DNA of 64,000 nt from an uncultured Eubacteriales bacterium (GCA_959600635.1 CAUGMN010000002.1:3030-67029), one strand, 5' to 3'; shown: positions 1 through 10,118, counted from the stretch's first letter. A program made the numbers and translations. Notes: generated by a model from the sequence alone, not told the origin.

Positions 1-262
1 CTGTGTAGGTCTGCGGCTCCGGCAGCGACCACTTTCGGTAGGTTGCGCCTACCGCCACAGAAGCGGCGACGAGCAGCGCGGCGGCGGCGAGCAAGACGCC
101 GATACGGCGGCCGAGATGGCGCCGGCTTGCGACGGCAGCGCCGGTTTGGGCGCGGACCTTCTGCCGCACTGCGTCAAGCGCTGCGCCGTCAAAGGGCAGA
201 TCACGGTTTAGGCTATCGAGCTGCGTGTCGGACAGCTCGGACAACAGATCCTGTTTTTTCAT
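1..262 (-). CDS. Putative anti-sigma factor, N-terminal part (partial, runs off window start)
   Basis: ATG at 262 lies 14 nt downstream of the sigma-factor stop on the same strand. My translation is MKKQDLLSELSDTQLDSLNRDLPFDGAALDAVRQKVRAQTGAAVASRRHLGRRIGVLLAAAALLVAASVAVGATYRKW.... That is a short cytoplasmic part followed by one hydrophobic helix, the usual position and architecture of an ECF anti-sigma. It is absent from the ORF track because it is truncated by the window edge. Confidence 0.45.
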   Translation of the reverse strand, partial: MKKQDLLSELSDTQLDSLNRDLPFDGAALDAVRQKVRAQTGAAVASRRHLGRRIGVLLAAAALLVAASVAVGATYRKWSLPEPQTYT

Positions 263-275
263 GGAAAAACTCCTT

Positions 276-833
276 TCAGTTCTCAGAATCGCCGGCAAGA
301 CGGGCGCGGAGCAGCTCCTTGCCCCGCCGCACGGCCGTATACACCGCCTCAACCGGCACGGAGAGACGGACGGCGATCGCGGCGGGCGGCAGCTCGTAGA
401 TCAGCCGCAGCCGCAGCGGCTCGCCGGTTTCCGGCGGCATCGCGTCGATGATTTGGCAGGCGCGCTCAAAGGTGTCGCGGGTGACGAGCCGGTTCAGCGG
501 GTCGTCGTCCGTGGGCGCGCATAGATCTTCGTCGAGCGCCTCGGCGGGGAAGCGCGCGGCGCTCCTCAGCCGGTCCAGCGCGCGGCTGCGCGCCAAAACG
601 CAGAGATACGCTTTCAGCGTGCCGCGCGCCGCGTCAAAGCGGTCGGCGCGCCGCCACAGCTCGATAAAGACGTCGGCGACGCACTCCTCGGCCTCCTCGC
701 GCGGAAGGGATGGACCGAGAACTCCGGCGACGACCGTCCAGACGAGGCGGGAATAACGGGTCACCGCCTCTTCGAGCGCAGCCGCTTCGCCGCGGCGAAT
801 CTGCGCGATCAGTCTTTTTTCTTGGTTATTCAT
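276..833 (-). CDS. RNA polymerase sigma-70 family (ECF-type) sigma factor
   Basis: 185-aa ORF with a region-2-like segment (ADVFIELWRRADRFD) and a C-terminal region-4 HTH (LIYELPPAAIAVRLSVPVEAVYTAVRRGKELL). Confidence 0.85.
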   Translation of the reverse strand: MNNQEKRLIAQIRRGEAAALEEAVTRYSRLVWTVVAGVLGPSLPREEAEECVADVFIELWRRADRFDAARGTLKAYLCVLARSRALDRLRSAARFPAEALDEDLCAPTDDDPLNRLVTRDTFERACQIIDAMPPETGEPLRLRLIYELPPAAIAVRLSVPVEAVYTAVRRGKELLRARLAGDSEN

Positions 834-1026
834 AAAATCAATCGGCCACCTTGGTTTGTGGTTACTGGGTGTGAAAACGTTTTCATCCTATTATACGGAC
901 GGCGCAGAACCTTTGGGGCGAAAAACGGCCTCGCCGGAAAATTTTCCTGCGGGGCCGCTTTTTTCGTCCCGGCCGCACTGTGCGACAGCACGCGAAAGTC
1001 TTTGAAAAAATGCGCACGGAACAAGG

Positions 1027-2532
1027 CTATGCGCGCAGCGCCAGCTTGGTCAGCCGTGAGCCGTCTGTCAGACGGCAGGAGAAACCCGGCGCGGCGTCCG
1101 TCGGAACGGAGCGGGCGATCAGCAACAGCCCGCCACAGCCGGACAATTCTATGGAAAAGCGGTCGGCGACGACGCGCAGCTCCCCCAACGGACACGGCAG
1201 CGCGATGTCGGAGCCGGCAAAACGGAATAGCCTGCCGCGGCAGGAAAAAGCGACGCCGAACAACTCCGCCTCAAACGCGCAAGGCTCGGAAAATTCGGTT
1301 CTCAGCTCAAACGGCGTGGCGGGCAGCGGAGCGCAGATCCGGTCGCCGCAGACGGAGGAGGCGATCTCGCGCTCGGAGAGAGCGCCGTCCAATGAGACGG
1401 GTTCCGCCCGCAGGTACGGGGTACCGCCGACGGAGACGAACGAAAGCGCGGTTGGCAGCGTCATCGAACAGCAATACGGGAATTCCGGACGGGCGGCGTG
1501 CTGCCAGCGGTTCCATGCGATGCGCCGGCGTGTTCCGTCGGCGCTGAAAAAGGTCTGGGCGGCATAGCTGTCGTCGGCGTCGCAGCCGAGCCGGCGCGGC
1601 TGCGGCGTGTCCGGCGTAAAGACGCCGTCGCGGAGTCCGCCGGTGAGATACCAGCCGCTCGCGCCGGAAAAGACCCATTTGACGCCGCCCTCAAAGGGAA
1701 GGGGATAGAGATCGGGGCATTCGTCGTCGCCGGGAAGAGAGAGCCGCTGCGTCATCGTCCAGTGCAGGAGGTCGGGCGAGGAAAACAGCGCGTATTCATC
1801 GCCGGAGAGATAGAGCGCGCAGAGAAACGAGCCGTCGCCGGCGGGAAAGACCTTGGGATCGCGGTTTTCCGCCTCAATCCACGGGATGACCGGGTTGCCC
1901 GCATACTTCTCAAAGGTCTCGCCGCCGTCGGTACTGAACGCGAGACACTGTGTAAAGCGCTTTCCGGCCGACCGCTCGCTCGTATCGCCCGCGGCCGTAT
2001 AGAACAGCAGCACGGGCGGACGGCGTCCGTCGCCGAGGCCGCTGACGTTTTCATAATCTACGACCGCGCTGCCGGAAAACATCGTCCCCATTTCGTCGGG
2101 GTACAGCGCAATCGGCCGATGCTCCCAAGTCAGCAGGTCGCGCGAAACCGCGTGTCCCCAGTGCATGTTGCCCCAGCCGGAGCCGGCGGGATTGTGCTGA
2201 TAAAAGAGGTGATAGAGCCCGTCGTGATAATAGCAACCGTTGGGGTCGTTCAGCCAGCCCATGGGCGCGGTAAAATGCAGCGCCGGCCGCAGGCTCTCAG
2301 CCTCCGCTGCCGCAGAAAACGGCGCGGAGAGCAGCGCGGGCGCATAGGGTTTGCCGTCGACCGTAAACCGGCAGACGTCGCAGTCAAGCGGATAGGAAAA
2401 AAGCGTATCGGGTCTGTCCGCGTCAAAGGCGACGTCCAGATCTCGGAGCAAGCGGTCGTCTCGATCGAGCATACGGAGTTTGACGGGCTGGGCCGTTCGG
2501 GAGACCGGGATCGGCAGGTAACGCATATCCAT
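1027..2532 (-). CDS. Glycoside hydrolase family 32 (beta-fructofuranosidase / sucrose-6-phosphate hydrolase-like)
   Basis: GH32 motifs WLNDPNG, RDPKVF and ECPD are present. I moved the start to ATG 2532 (MDMRYLP..., GAGAGG upstream); the track ORF extends to 2595. No signal peptide. Confidence 0.9.
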   Translation of the reverse strand: MDMRYLPIPVSRTAQPVKLRMLDRDDRLLRDLDVAFDADRPDTLFSYPLDCDVCRFTVDGKPYAPALLSAPFSAAAEAESLRPALHFTAPMGWLNDPNGCYYHDGLYHLFYQHNPAGSGWGNMHWGHAVSRDLLTWEHRPIALYPDEMGTMFSGSAVVDYENVSGLGDGRRPPVLLFYTAAGDTSERSAGKRFTQCLAFSTDGGETFEKYAGNPVIPWIEAENRDPKVFPAGDGSFLCALYLSGDEYALFSSPDLLHWTMTQRLSLPGDDECPDLYPLPFEGGVKWVFSGASGWYLTGGLRDGVFTPDTPQPRRLGCDADDSYAAQTFFSADGTRRRIAWNRWQHAARPEFPYCCSMTLPTALSFVSVGGTPYLRAEPVSLDGALSEREIASSVCGDRICAPLPATPFELRTEFSEPCAFEAELFGVAFSCRGRLFRFAGSDIALPCPLGELRVVADRFSIELSGCGGLLLIARSVPTDAAPGFSCRLTDGSRLTKLALRA

Positions 2533-2769
2533 TCCAACCTCTCTGTCAATAAGACTTGGTATTTTTATGATAGCACAGGCTGTGCGGGGTGTCAACGGCG
2601 TGTTGCCGCAGATGAAACGGACAAAAGCTCGCCTGACGGGAGTTTTTGTGGTATAATAGTGGCATTCGAAAGCGCGGAACGGCGCGCGGCTCCGCAGTGC
2701 GCAGACGCGATGGACACAGCGGCTGTCTGCCGGCAGGCGGCTGTGCGCGAAAGAAAGGAAGATGCTTCA

Positions 2770-3531
2770 ATGAAAATTGCCGTGATTACGGGGGCGTCCA
2801 GCGGGTTAGGGCGGGAATTCGCCGTTCAGGCCGCGCGGCAGGGTGAATTTGACGAGATATGGGTCGTGGCGAGACGCGCCGACCGTCTGAAAGAGCTGGC
2901 GGAAACGCTTTCGGTTCCTGTCCGGCCTCTGCCGCTGGATCTGCAAAAGCCTGAGAGCTTTGAAACGCTGGATCTGCTGTTTCAGAGCGAGCGGGCGGAG
3001 GTCGGCCTGCTCGTGTGCGCGGCGGGCTTCGGCAAATTCGGCGCCTGTCTTGACCTCTCGGACGGGGAGATCAGCGATATGATCGACCTGAACTGCAAGG
3101 CGGTCGTGCGCTCGTGCCGCGCCGCGGTCCCTTATATGAAGGCAGGGAGCCGGATCATCGTCATGGGCTCGTCGTCGGCGTTTCAGCCGTTGCCGGAATT
3201 TAACCTCTACGCGGCCACAAAGGCGTTTGTCGTCAGCTTCTGCCGCGCGCTTCACGCCGAGCTGAAAGACCGCGGCATTTCGGTGACGGCAGTCTGTCCC
3301 GGATTTGTCCGCACCGAATTCTTCGACGTCGCCAAGGATACGGCGAATCCCGACGCCTGCAACAATTTCAAGCCGCTCTATGAAAGCCGCGACGTCGTCC
3401 GCAAGGCCTACCGAGACGCGGCAAAATCGCGCGATATGTCCGTCTACGGCCTGCATGTCAAGCTGCACCGCCTGCTGGCAAAGCTCCTGCCGCATCACGC
3501 GATTATGCGCGTTTGGATGAAAATCAAGTAA
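2770..3531 (+). CDS. SDR family short-chain dehydrogenase/reductase
   Basis: TGASSGLG Rossmann motif and catalytic YAATK, starting at ATG 2770. The upstream 424 codons of track ORF 1498-3531 are antisense to the GH32 gene and are not counted. Confidence 0.85.
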   Translation: MKIAVITGASSGLGREFAVQAARQGEFDEIWVVARRADRLKELAETLSVPVRPLPLDLQKPESFETLDLLFQSERAEVGLLVCAAGFGKFGACLDLSDGEISDMIDLNCKAVVRSCRAAVPYMKAGSRIIVMGSSSAFQPLPEFNLYAATKAFVVSFCRALHAELKDRGISVTAVCPGFVRTEFFDVAKDTANPDACNNFKPLYESRDVVRKAYRDAAKSRDMSVYGLHVKLHRLLAKLLPHHAIMRVWMKIK

Positions 3532-3673
3532 GTCCGCGCAAAGCGGCGCAGCGGATGGCCGCGCCAATCCCAAAAGAGCGCGCGGACAGCATACGGCGGC
3601 GGCTGATTGCGTCTGCCTGAAAAAGACGTCGGGAACTGTGAACCCCAAAGAACCGCCCGGCTCTGATAATCGC

Positions 3674-3709
3674 AGGGGCGTCCGTTAGTGCGGACGCCCC
3701 TGTTTTTTT
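3674..3709. terminator. Bidirectional rho-independent terminator between convergent genes
   Basis: Hairpin aggggcgtccg-ttagtg-cggacgcccct (11-bp perfect stem) followed by tgttttttt. It sits between the SDR stop and the stop of the minus-strand gene at 3714. Confidence 0.75.
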
Positions 3710-3713
3710 GCTT

Positions 3714-4514
3714 TTATTTCGCCGTTTCTCCGGCGCTGCGGATGTAATCGATAAAATCCATACAGTAATCGTCCTCGCCGAGCAATGCGGCGGCGGCGTA
3801 AAGCGCCGTCCGAACATCGGGGGAGAGCGGGTCGCAGATCGCCGTATCGAGGCCGGCGGCGGCAAAAACGGCGACGGCGGCGGCGTTGACGGCGGCGCGC
3901 GCCGGAAGCCCAAAGGAGACGTTGGAAAGCCCGCAGAGAGTGTGACAGCTGGGCAGCGCGCCGCGCAGCAGGCGGATGGTCTCGGCTGTGACCGAACCGG
4001 CGCCCGGCGTCATCGCGGCCGACTCCACCAGCGCGTCGATATAGATCTTCTCTGCGGCGACGCCGCCCGCTTGCAGCTTTTCAACAGCGGCGACGGCGTT
4101 TTCCAGCCGCGCTTCCGCCGCATGCGGAATTTTACCGCCGCGGATCGGCAGCAGCACGACGCCGCAGCCCCTCTCCGCAACCAGCGGCAGCAGCTCGTCC
4201 ATACGGGCGTCGCAGGTAACGGAGTTGACGATCACATCCATCCCCGCCGTTTCAGGCAGCATAGCCGCGATGACGGCCGGATCGGGCGAATCGAGCATGA
4301 CGCCGACCTCCTGCTCCCGGCAAATACCGATCAAACGGCGCATAACGTCCAGCCCGGCTTCGCCGCAGAGCGCGGTGTTGATGTCCATATACGCCGCTCC
4401 CGCTTCCTTTTGCGCGGCGATCAGCGCGGCGAGCGCGTCAAAATCGCCGGCCTGCATGAGCGCCAGCGTTTTGGGAATCGAGCTGTTCAGCTTTTCAGCG
4501 ATGATTTGAATCAT
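3714..4514 (-). CDS. Pterin-binding domain protein (methyltetrahydrofolate methyltransferase, MetH/MeTr pterin module-like)
   Basis: MIQIIAEKLNSSIP N-terminus, DINT and GLSNVSFGLP motifs typical of the DHPS-like pterin-binding barrel. Start chosen at ATG 4514; the track ORF extends to 4547. Confidence 0.7.
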   Translation of the reverse strand: MIQIIAEKLNSSIPKTLALMQAGDFDALAALIAAQKEAGAAYMDINTALCGEAGLDVMRRLIGICREQEVGVMLDSPDPAVIAAMLPETAGMDVIVNSVTCDARMDELLPLVAERGCGVVLLPIRGGKIPHAAEARLENAVAAVEKLQAGGVAAEKIYIDALVESAAMTPGAGSVTAETIRLLRGALPSCHTLCGLSNVSFGLPARAAVNAAAVAVFAAAGLDTAICDPLSPDVRTALYAAAALLGEDDYCMDFIDYIRSAGETAK

Positions 4515-4565
4515 TGACTTTATTCCTTTCAGTTTTTTGCGATACAAACGGCGTTCGCCGCTCCG

Positions 4566-6317
4566 TCAACAGAGCGAGGCGAGGATCCGTTCGGCGAGCA
4601 GACGAACGATGTCAAAGCGTTTCAGCGGCGTCATCAGGTAAAACCCGTCGCAGAAGGGCGCCGATTTTTTGGCCATTTCCAAAGCGAATTCCACTGAAAG
4701 CAACGGAATTTCCTCCGGCGCCGCCCGTTCGAGGCGGTGAAGAAAATCATCGGGAATCTCAATCCCGGCGACTTCATTTGTAAGAAACAGCGCGTTTTTA
4801 TAGCTGGCAACCGGAAAAATACCGGCGAGGATTTTTGTATCCAGCGTTTCGTGCGCCATGCGGAGATGCTCGGCGGCTTCGTCGCTGAATACCGGCTGCG
4901 TCAGGAAAAACTGCGCGCCTGCCTCGCGTTTTTTGCGCGCCCGGTCAAGCTCCACGTCGAAGCGCAGGGTATTCAGGTTCAGCGCTCCGCCGATGAAAAA
5001 CGGGTTGGAGGCAAAAGCGGATTGGTTCAGCTCGTCGACAAAGCGGATCAGCCCATAGGAATTCATCGAGAAAACAGACTTGACGCCGCTTCGGTCGGTA
5101 TCCGAAAGCGGGTCGCCCGTCACCGCGAGCAGGTTGGAGACGCCTAAGGCGTTGGCGGCGAGCAGGCCGCCCTTGATGGCGATTTGATTGCGGTCGCGGC
5201 AGGCGAGGTGCGGCATCACCGGAATGCCGGCGTTCATGCAGACGGCGGCGGCCGTCGCCATGCTGTCGGCGCGCGCGCGGGAGAGCGGGGAATCGGCGAA
5301 GGTCAGCACATCCACGCCGGTCTCCTTCATCTGCTTAGCGGCTTCCAGAATCGGAGAAAGATCGTTATCGTGCGGCGGGTCGAGCTCGACGGCGACGACT
5401 TTGCGGCTGCCGAGCGAAAGTTTGGCGCGGAACGGATTCGGCCGGGAAACCGGAACGGCGGACTGAACCGCTGTTCCCGCCGCAGCGGAGGGCGTTTGAA
5501 TGCCGTGCCGCGCGTCGGTAAAGGCGCGGATATGCTGCGGCGTCGTGCCGCAGCAGCCGCCGACAATCGCGCAGCCGAGATGGGCCAGCTCAGAAAGCTT
5601 GCCCGCGTAATACTCCGCATTGTCGATATAAACGGTGCGCCCGCCGAAAACCGAAGGGTATCCGGCGTTAGGCATCGCGGAGAACGGTTTTTGCAACGGC
5701 AGCGCCTCGCGCACAAGCCGCACGAGGTGCGCCGGGCCGCAGATACAGTTGAGGCCGACGGCGTCTACGGTGTCGAGCGCCGCGGCCTGCCGCAGCAGCT
5801 GCGCGCAGCTCCGGCCGAGCCGCGTCAGCCCGTCCTGCGCGCCGGCAAAGGAGACGATAATCTGCGCCTGCGGCGCGCGCGCTTTGACGGCCGCGAAAAC
5901 AGGCGGCAGAGGATCGAGGTCGGGCTGAGTCTCAAACAAAAAATACTCGGCGCCGAGGGCGAGAAATTGCTCGGCCACGGCGAGATAGTCGCCGCTTTCG
6001 CCGTCTGGAATCGGGCCGATGTCGGCAAAAACGGATACCTCAGAGCCCTCCGCCGCTCTTTGCGCGTTGGCAAAACCGGCCTGTATCAGCCGCGTCAGCT
6101 CCGAAGCGTCCGGAAAGGTGACGGCGTTGCAGGAAAAAGTGTTTGTCTTGATCGCCTGCGCGCCGGCGGCGATATACTCTCGGTGAATCTGAACGACCGT
6201 TTCCGGGTCGCTCAGGTTCGCCGCTTCGCAGGGAGCGTCCCCGCGCGAGCGGGCGGCGTAATAGGTGCCGAAGGCGCCGTCAAACACAAACGGGCGCGGC
6301 AGTTCGTTTAGGTGCAT
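4566..6317 (-). CDS. Bifunctional homocysteine S-methyltransferase / 5,10-methylenetetrahydrofolate reductase (YitJ-like)
   Basis: The N-terminal half is a homocysteine-binding domain ending in the zinc motif GGCCGTTP. The C-terminal half is MetF-like MTHFR. 583 aa. Confidence 0.85.
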   Translation of the reverse strand: MHLNELPRPFVFDGAFGTYYAARSRGDAPCEAANLSDPETVVQIHREYIAAGAQAIKTNTFSCNAVTFPDASELTRLIQAGFANAQRAAEGSEVSVFADIGPIPDGESGDYLAVAEQFLALGAEYFLFETQPDLDPLPPVFAAVKARAPQAQIIVSFAGAQDGLTRLGRSCAQLLRQAAALDTVDAVGLNCICGPAHLVRLVREALPLQKPFSAMPNAGYPSVFGGRTVYIDNAEYYAGKLSELAHLGCAIVGGCCGTTPQHIRAFTDARHGIQTPSAAAGTAVQSAVPVSRPNPFRAKLSLGSRKVVAVELDPPHDNDLSPILEAAKQMKETGVDVLTFADSPLSRARADSMATAAAVCMNAGIPVMPHLACRDRNQIAIKGGLLAANALGVSNLLAVTGDPLSDTDRSGVKSVFSMNSYGLIRFVDELNQSAFASNPFFIGGALNLNTLRFDVELDRARKKREAGAQFFLTQPVFSDEAAEHLRMAHETLDTKILAGIFPVASYKNALFLTNEVAGIEIPDDFLHRLERAAPEEIPLLSVEFALEMAKKSAPFCDGFYLMTPLKRFDIVRLLAERILASLC

Positions 6318-6396
6318 ATCACTGGTCCTCTTCTGTGTGTCTTATAAGTTTCTGCGCGCGCAATCGAACGCATAAGGGTATAAAGCAGGCCGTTTT

Positions 6397-7626
6397 TTAT
6401 CGGACGGCATAGCCGTTTTTTAATAACAGCGCCAGCGCCGTCGCCGGACTGTCGGCGCCCTCGGCGTTTTTGACCGGCGCAAACTCCCGTTCGCGTTCCA
6501 CCTGCAAGATCGCCATGCGGTCGAGCGACGCGAACGCGTCAAAGATAAAGCTCTCAAATTTATAGGCGTTTGGTTCGCGCGGAGCAATTCTGCCTGCTTC
6601 CGGAGAAAAATAGGGGATAGCCTTGAAAGCCGTGTGCATAGGCAGCCCCTGCGTGCAGACGGCTTTCAAGGCGTCAAAGCGGAGCATGTGCGTGACGATA
6701 TTGGCGTCGCCGTACAGAAGCGAACCCGTCTCGCTTGTCGCCGCGCGCATTTCAGGCGTCAGCTCGGTGTATTCGATGACGCAGGGGCGGCCGTTCCGGG
6801 TGCAGAAAACGCCGACGCGCTCATCGGGCGACGCCTTGCGCACCGACTTGCTCGCGCAGGGCGCGCCGTCGCGGTCAAAAAAGCCGACGAACATGGGATC
6901 GGCCGGCCGGACGAGGGCGTTGTCAATCCCGCAGAAAAAGACATAACGGATGGAGCGGCGCTCCATATCGGCCAAGGCTCCGGAAGCGCTCAGCGCCGCA
7001 AAGACGCCGCCGTTTCCGTCCGGCCCTTCGGCGATGCGCCCGATATCGGCGAGCAGAATACGGCCCTGCGTATCGAGCAGCGGCAAAAGCCCCTGCTGAA
7101 AAAAGAAAACCTGATCGGAGGAAAGGCCGAAATACAGGTGTTTTTCAAAAAAATCGACGGTCTTATCGTGATTGTCCGCGCTGGTCATGATATACCAGGG
7201 AAGCGTCCCGCCGCATTCCGTCTGCAAAGCGCGGATGCGCTCCGCCAGCAGGCCGAACAGAGAAACGCCGATCCCGACGTCAAAGCAGCCCTTCGGGCCG
7301 TCGTAGCCGAGCCGCGTGCCCTGCCCGCCGGCCATCGTGACGACGGCTACGGCTCCGCTGCGGATCAGCGACTGCCCGCGGCCGGTCAGTTCCTCCGTCT
7401 CCGCCGCGGGGAACGCGATAGCTTGTTCCGAGCGGCAAGGCGCGATTTGCCCCGAGAGCGTCGGCGAAGAATGGACCGAGCGGTAAAGCGCGGCGATATA
7501 GGGGAGATCGAGGCGGTCGAGGCGGTCAAAATAAGCGCGCCGCGCCGGTTCGGCCAGCGTTTCAACGCCGTAGAGCAAATGCTCCTGACCGTAGGCGGCG
7601 AGCCGGATTTTCACATCGTCTGTCAT
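6397..7626 (-). CDS. UDPGP type-1 family nucleotide-sugar pyrophosphorylase (UDP-N-acetylhexosamine / UTP-hexose-1-P uridylyltransferase-like)
   Basis: MAGGQGTRLGYDGPKG nucleotide-binding signature; 409 aa. Confidence 0.8.
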   Translation of the reverse strand: MTDDVKIRLAAYGQEHLLYGVETLAEPARRAYFDRLDRLDLPYIAALYRSVHSSPTLSGQIAPCRSEQAIAFPAAETEELTGRGQSLIRSGAVAVVTMAGGQGTRLGYDGPKGCFDVGIGVSLFGLLAERIRALQTECGGTLPWYIMTSADNHDKTVDFFEKHLYFGLSSDQVFFFQQGLLPLLDTQGRILLADIGRIAEGPDGNGGVFAALSASGALADMERRSIRYVFFCGIDNALVRPADPMFVGFFDRDGAPCASKSVRKASPDERVGVFCTRNGRPCVIEYTELTPEMRAATSETGSLLYGDANIVTHMLRFDALKAVCTQGLPMHTAFKAIPYFSPEAGRIAPREPNAYKFESFIFDAFASLDRMAILQVEREREFAPVKNAEGADSPATALALLLKNGYAVR

Positions 7627-7655
7627 AAAAAAGCCTTCCTTTCTGCGCAGGTCTG

Positions 7656-8504
7656 TCAGCGGTCGAGCTGCACCGCCATATCATACAGGAAAATCGAGGC
7701 GGCGACGCCGACGTTGAGCGAGTCGCCCGTGCCGCGCATGGGGATTTTGACGAGCTGCTCCGAGCCGTCATACCATTCTTGGGAAATTCCGTAGCGCTCG
7801 CTGCCGCAGACGAGCGCGGCGGGAAAGCGGTATTCCAGCGCGCCGAGGCTTTTTTCGGCGCGGGTATCGGCGAGGTACACGGTGTAGCCGTTTGCGGCGA
7901 GCCATGCCCGGCAGTCGGCGACGCTGCCAAACGACGCCATCGGCACGGAAAAGGCCGCGCCCATGCTGCCCTTGATCAGTTTGGGGTGCGTAAAACGGAC
8001 GCGCTGGTTGACGACGAGCGCGCCGCCTATACCTGCGCCGTCGCAGCTGCGCAGAATTGTGCCGATGTTGCCCGGCGTTTCGAGCTGATCCAGCACGACG
8101 AGAATCGGCGTCCCCCGCATCTCGCCGGGCGTATGAACCGGAAAATCCGCTACGGCGATCATCCCGCACGGGTCGTCGCGGTCGCTGAGCTTTTCAAAGG
8201 TTTTGGCGGAAACGGAATAGCATTCGTCCGCCAGAGCGAGATAGCGGCGGTGCAGCGCCCACGCCGTTTCGCTTTCGAGAAAATCGTTGCAGAAGAAAAA
8301 CGAACGGATACGCATTCCGGCGTCGGCGGCCTTTTGCAGCGCCCAGTATCCGTCGAGCACGCACTGATTGTCATACGGCTTTCCGCCGGAGGCGATGATT
8401 TTGCGCACAACGGCGACGGCGGGATTGGAAAAACCGATCTCGCGGACGGGTATGCTGTGTGTGGTATGGACAGGGATCTCGATATGACGATCTGATGGTC
8501 TCAT
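7656..8504 (-). CDS. TrmH/SpoU family RNA 2'-O-methyltransferase
   Basis: SpoU motifs ETPGNIGTILRS and SLNVGVAASIFLYD. Confidence 0.8.
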   Translation of the reverse strand: MRPSDRHIEIPVHTTHSIPVREIGFSNPAVAVVRKIIASGGKPYDNQCVLDGYWALQKAADAGMRIRSFFFCNDFLESETAWALHRRYLALADECYSVSAKTFEKLSDRDDPCGMIAVADFPVHTPGEMRGTPILVVLDQLETPGNIGTILRSCDGAGIGGALVVNQRVRFTHPKLIKGSMGAAFSVPMASFGSVADCRAWLAANGYTVYLADTRAEKSLGALEYRFPAALVCGSERYGISQEWYDGSEQLVKIPMRGTGDSLNVGVAASIFLYDMAVQLDR

Positions 8505-8742
8505 AAATCCTCTTTTATTTTGCCGTATGATATATCGTTATTTGAGAAACGGCGTATCAATGCCATCGAAAATGGGGCGAAGCATAGATTTTTGATCCGC
8601 GTGAGCCTGTCAGGACAGCGGCAGAACGGTTTGTCTGCTTGGATCCGTAAGCGCTTTTTACGGCGCCTGTCTTTGCTGCGCCGGACAAATTGCGCGGACA
8701 GCGTTTGCAAAACGGCTGTTCTCCAAAAGATCAGGCAGTTTT

Positions 8743-9996
8743 TCAGAGCGGCGGCTCTGCGTCCGGTATCTTTTCCGTTTGCAGCTCCTCCGCGCAGCGC
8801 AGCAGCGCTTCACGCTCGTTCGGAACACGATTCTCAATGACCGCGTCCAGCAGCGACCGCAGCAGCGCGCCGAGCGCCGCGCCGCGAACGCCGCGCTCCT
8901 TTAAGTCTGCGCCGTTTACGGCGAGAGCGGCAAGCGAACAGCAGTCGCCGTCGGCAAGCGCGCGTTGCGCACATTGCTCTGCGGCCCGAATTCGTTCCAA
9001 CGCCTCGGCGTCGCCGCGGGTCTCGCCGTCGGCGCGTTTCAGAGACGTCAGATCAAAAAACGCCGGCGGCGGCAGAGCGCCGAGCAGACGCCGCACAGAC
9101 GGGCGCGAGGGAGAAAACTCGTCGGGAAAGTGCGCGAGCAGCGCGGCCGTATAGGCTTTCGTTTTGTTGGACAAACGCAGCCGCGCAAGGCCGGCGCTGG
9201 CCGCCTGCGGCGCAAGGCGGCAGAACAAGGCGGCGAGGCGCAGCGGAAAATATGGGCGCACGCCGCCGCAAATCGCCGCGGTTTGATACACTTGATCTTG
9301 GCTGAGCGAGCCGAGCTCGGGAAAACACGGCAGCAGCACCGACGCGTAACGGCGCAGCACAGGCTGAACAAAAGCGCCGCAGAGCAGCTTTTCCAGCTCG
9401 GCGGCGACGCGCTCCGCTGAGATACGGGGCAGAAGCGCGCTGTGCGCAAACAGCGCGCGCTCCGTAGCCGGTTCAATGGAAAAACCGAGCGAAGAGGCGA
9501 AACGCAGCGCGCGAAGGACGCGCAGCGCGTCCTCCTGAAAACGCCTGTCGGGGTCGCCGACACAGCGGATGATCCGCGCGCGCACATCGGCCGCGCCGCC
9601 GAAAGAATCGATCAGCCCTTCTTCTTCGTTGTAGGCGAGCGCGTTCATCGTAAAGTCGCGCCGTGCCGCGTCCTCATACAGCGAACGCGTGAAGCGCACG
9701 GCGTCGGGGTGCCGCCCGTCGGAATAGCCGAGGTCGACGCGGTAGGTGGTGATTTCAAAGGGCGTTCCGTCGATCAACACCGTGACGGTGCCGTGCTTCA
9801 AACCGGTATCAATCATTTGAAAGGCGGCGAAGACGGACTTGATCTGCGGCGGCTCGGCGTTCGTTGTGATGTCAATATCCTTGGGCTGCATACCGAGCAG
9901 ATAGTCGCGCACACAGCCGCCGACGATATACGCCTCATAACCGCTTTCATGCAGGAGGCGCAGCGCTTTTTTCGTCTGTTCAGAGAGCGGATACAC
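8743..9996 (-). CDS. cca: CCA tRNA nucleotidyltransferase
   Basis: GGCVRDYLLG...KDIDITT head-domain motif of the PolyA-polymerase/CCA-adding family; 417 aa. Confidence 0.85.
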   Translation of the reverse strand: MYPLSEQTKKALRLLHESGYEAYIVGGCVRDYLLGMQPKDIDITTNAEPPQIKSVFAAFQMIDTGLKHGTVTVLIDGTPFEITTYRVDLGYSDGRHPDAVRFTRSLYEDAARRDFTMNALAYNEEEGLIDSFGGAADVRARIIRCVGDPDRRFQEDALRVLRALRFASSLGFSIEPATERALFAHSALLPRISAERVAAELEKLLCGAFVQPVLRRYASVLLPCFPELGSLSQDQVYQTAAICGGVRPYFPLRLAALFCRLAPQAASAGLARLRLSNKTKAYTAALLAHFPDEFSPSRPSVRRLLGALPPPAFFDLTSLKRADGETRGDAEALERIRAAEQCAQRALADGDCCSLAALAVNGADLKERGVRGAALGALLRSLLDAVIENRVPNEREALLRCAEELQTEKIPDAEPPL

Positions 9997-10118
9997 GCAA
10001 TACGCTCCTTTCTAAGGCGGTTGCAGGGACAGCGGCCGGGAAGCGTCAGGCGCATGATCGCGGTGAAATCCCTTTCACCGCGATCATGTAACCCGAGAAA
10101 AGCAAAAAAACGGATCCT

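Noticed and set aside
1498-2769. The N-terminal 424 codons of the 677-aa track ORF 1498-3531 (+)
   Set aside because: This stretch is antisense to the well-supported GH32 gene and has an Arg/Ala/Gly-rich composition typical of shadow frames in GC-rich DNA. The real SDR gene starts at ATG 2770 with its own Rossmann motif.
6318-6396. Expected SAM (S-box) riboswitch upstream of the YitJ-like homocysteine methyltransferase/MTHFR gene
   Set aside because: Only 79 nt lie between the gene and the preceding CDS stop. That is too short for an S-box, and I found none of its conserved helices.
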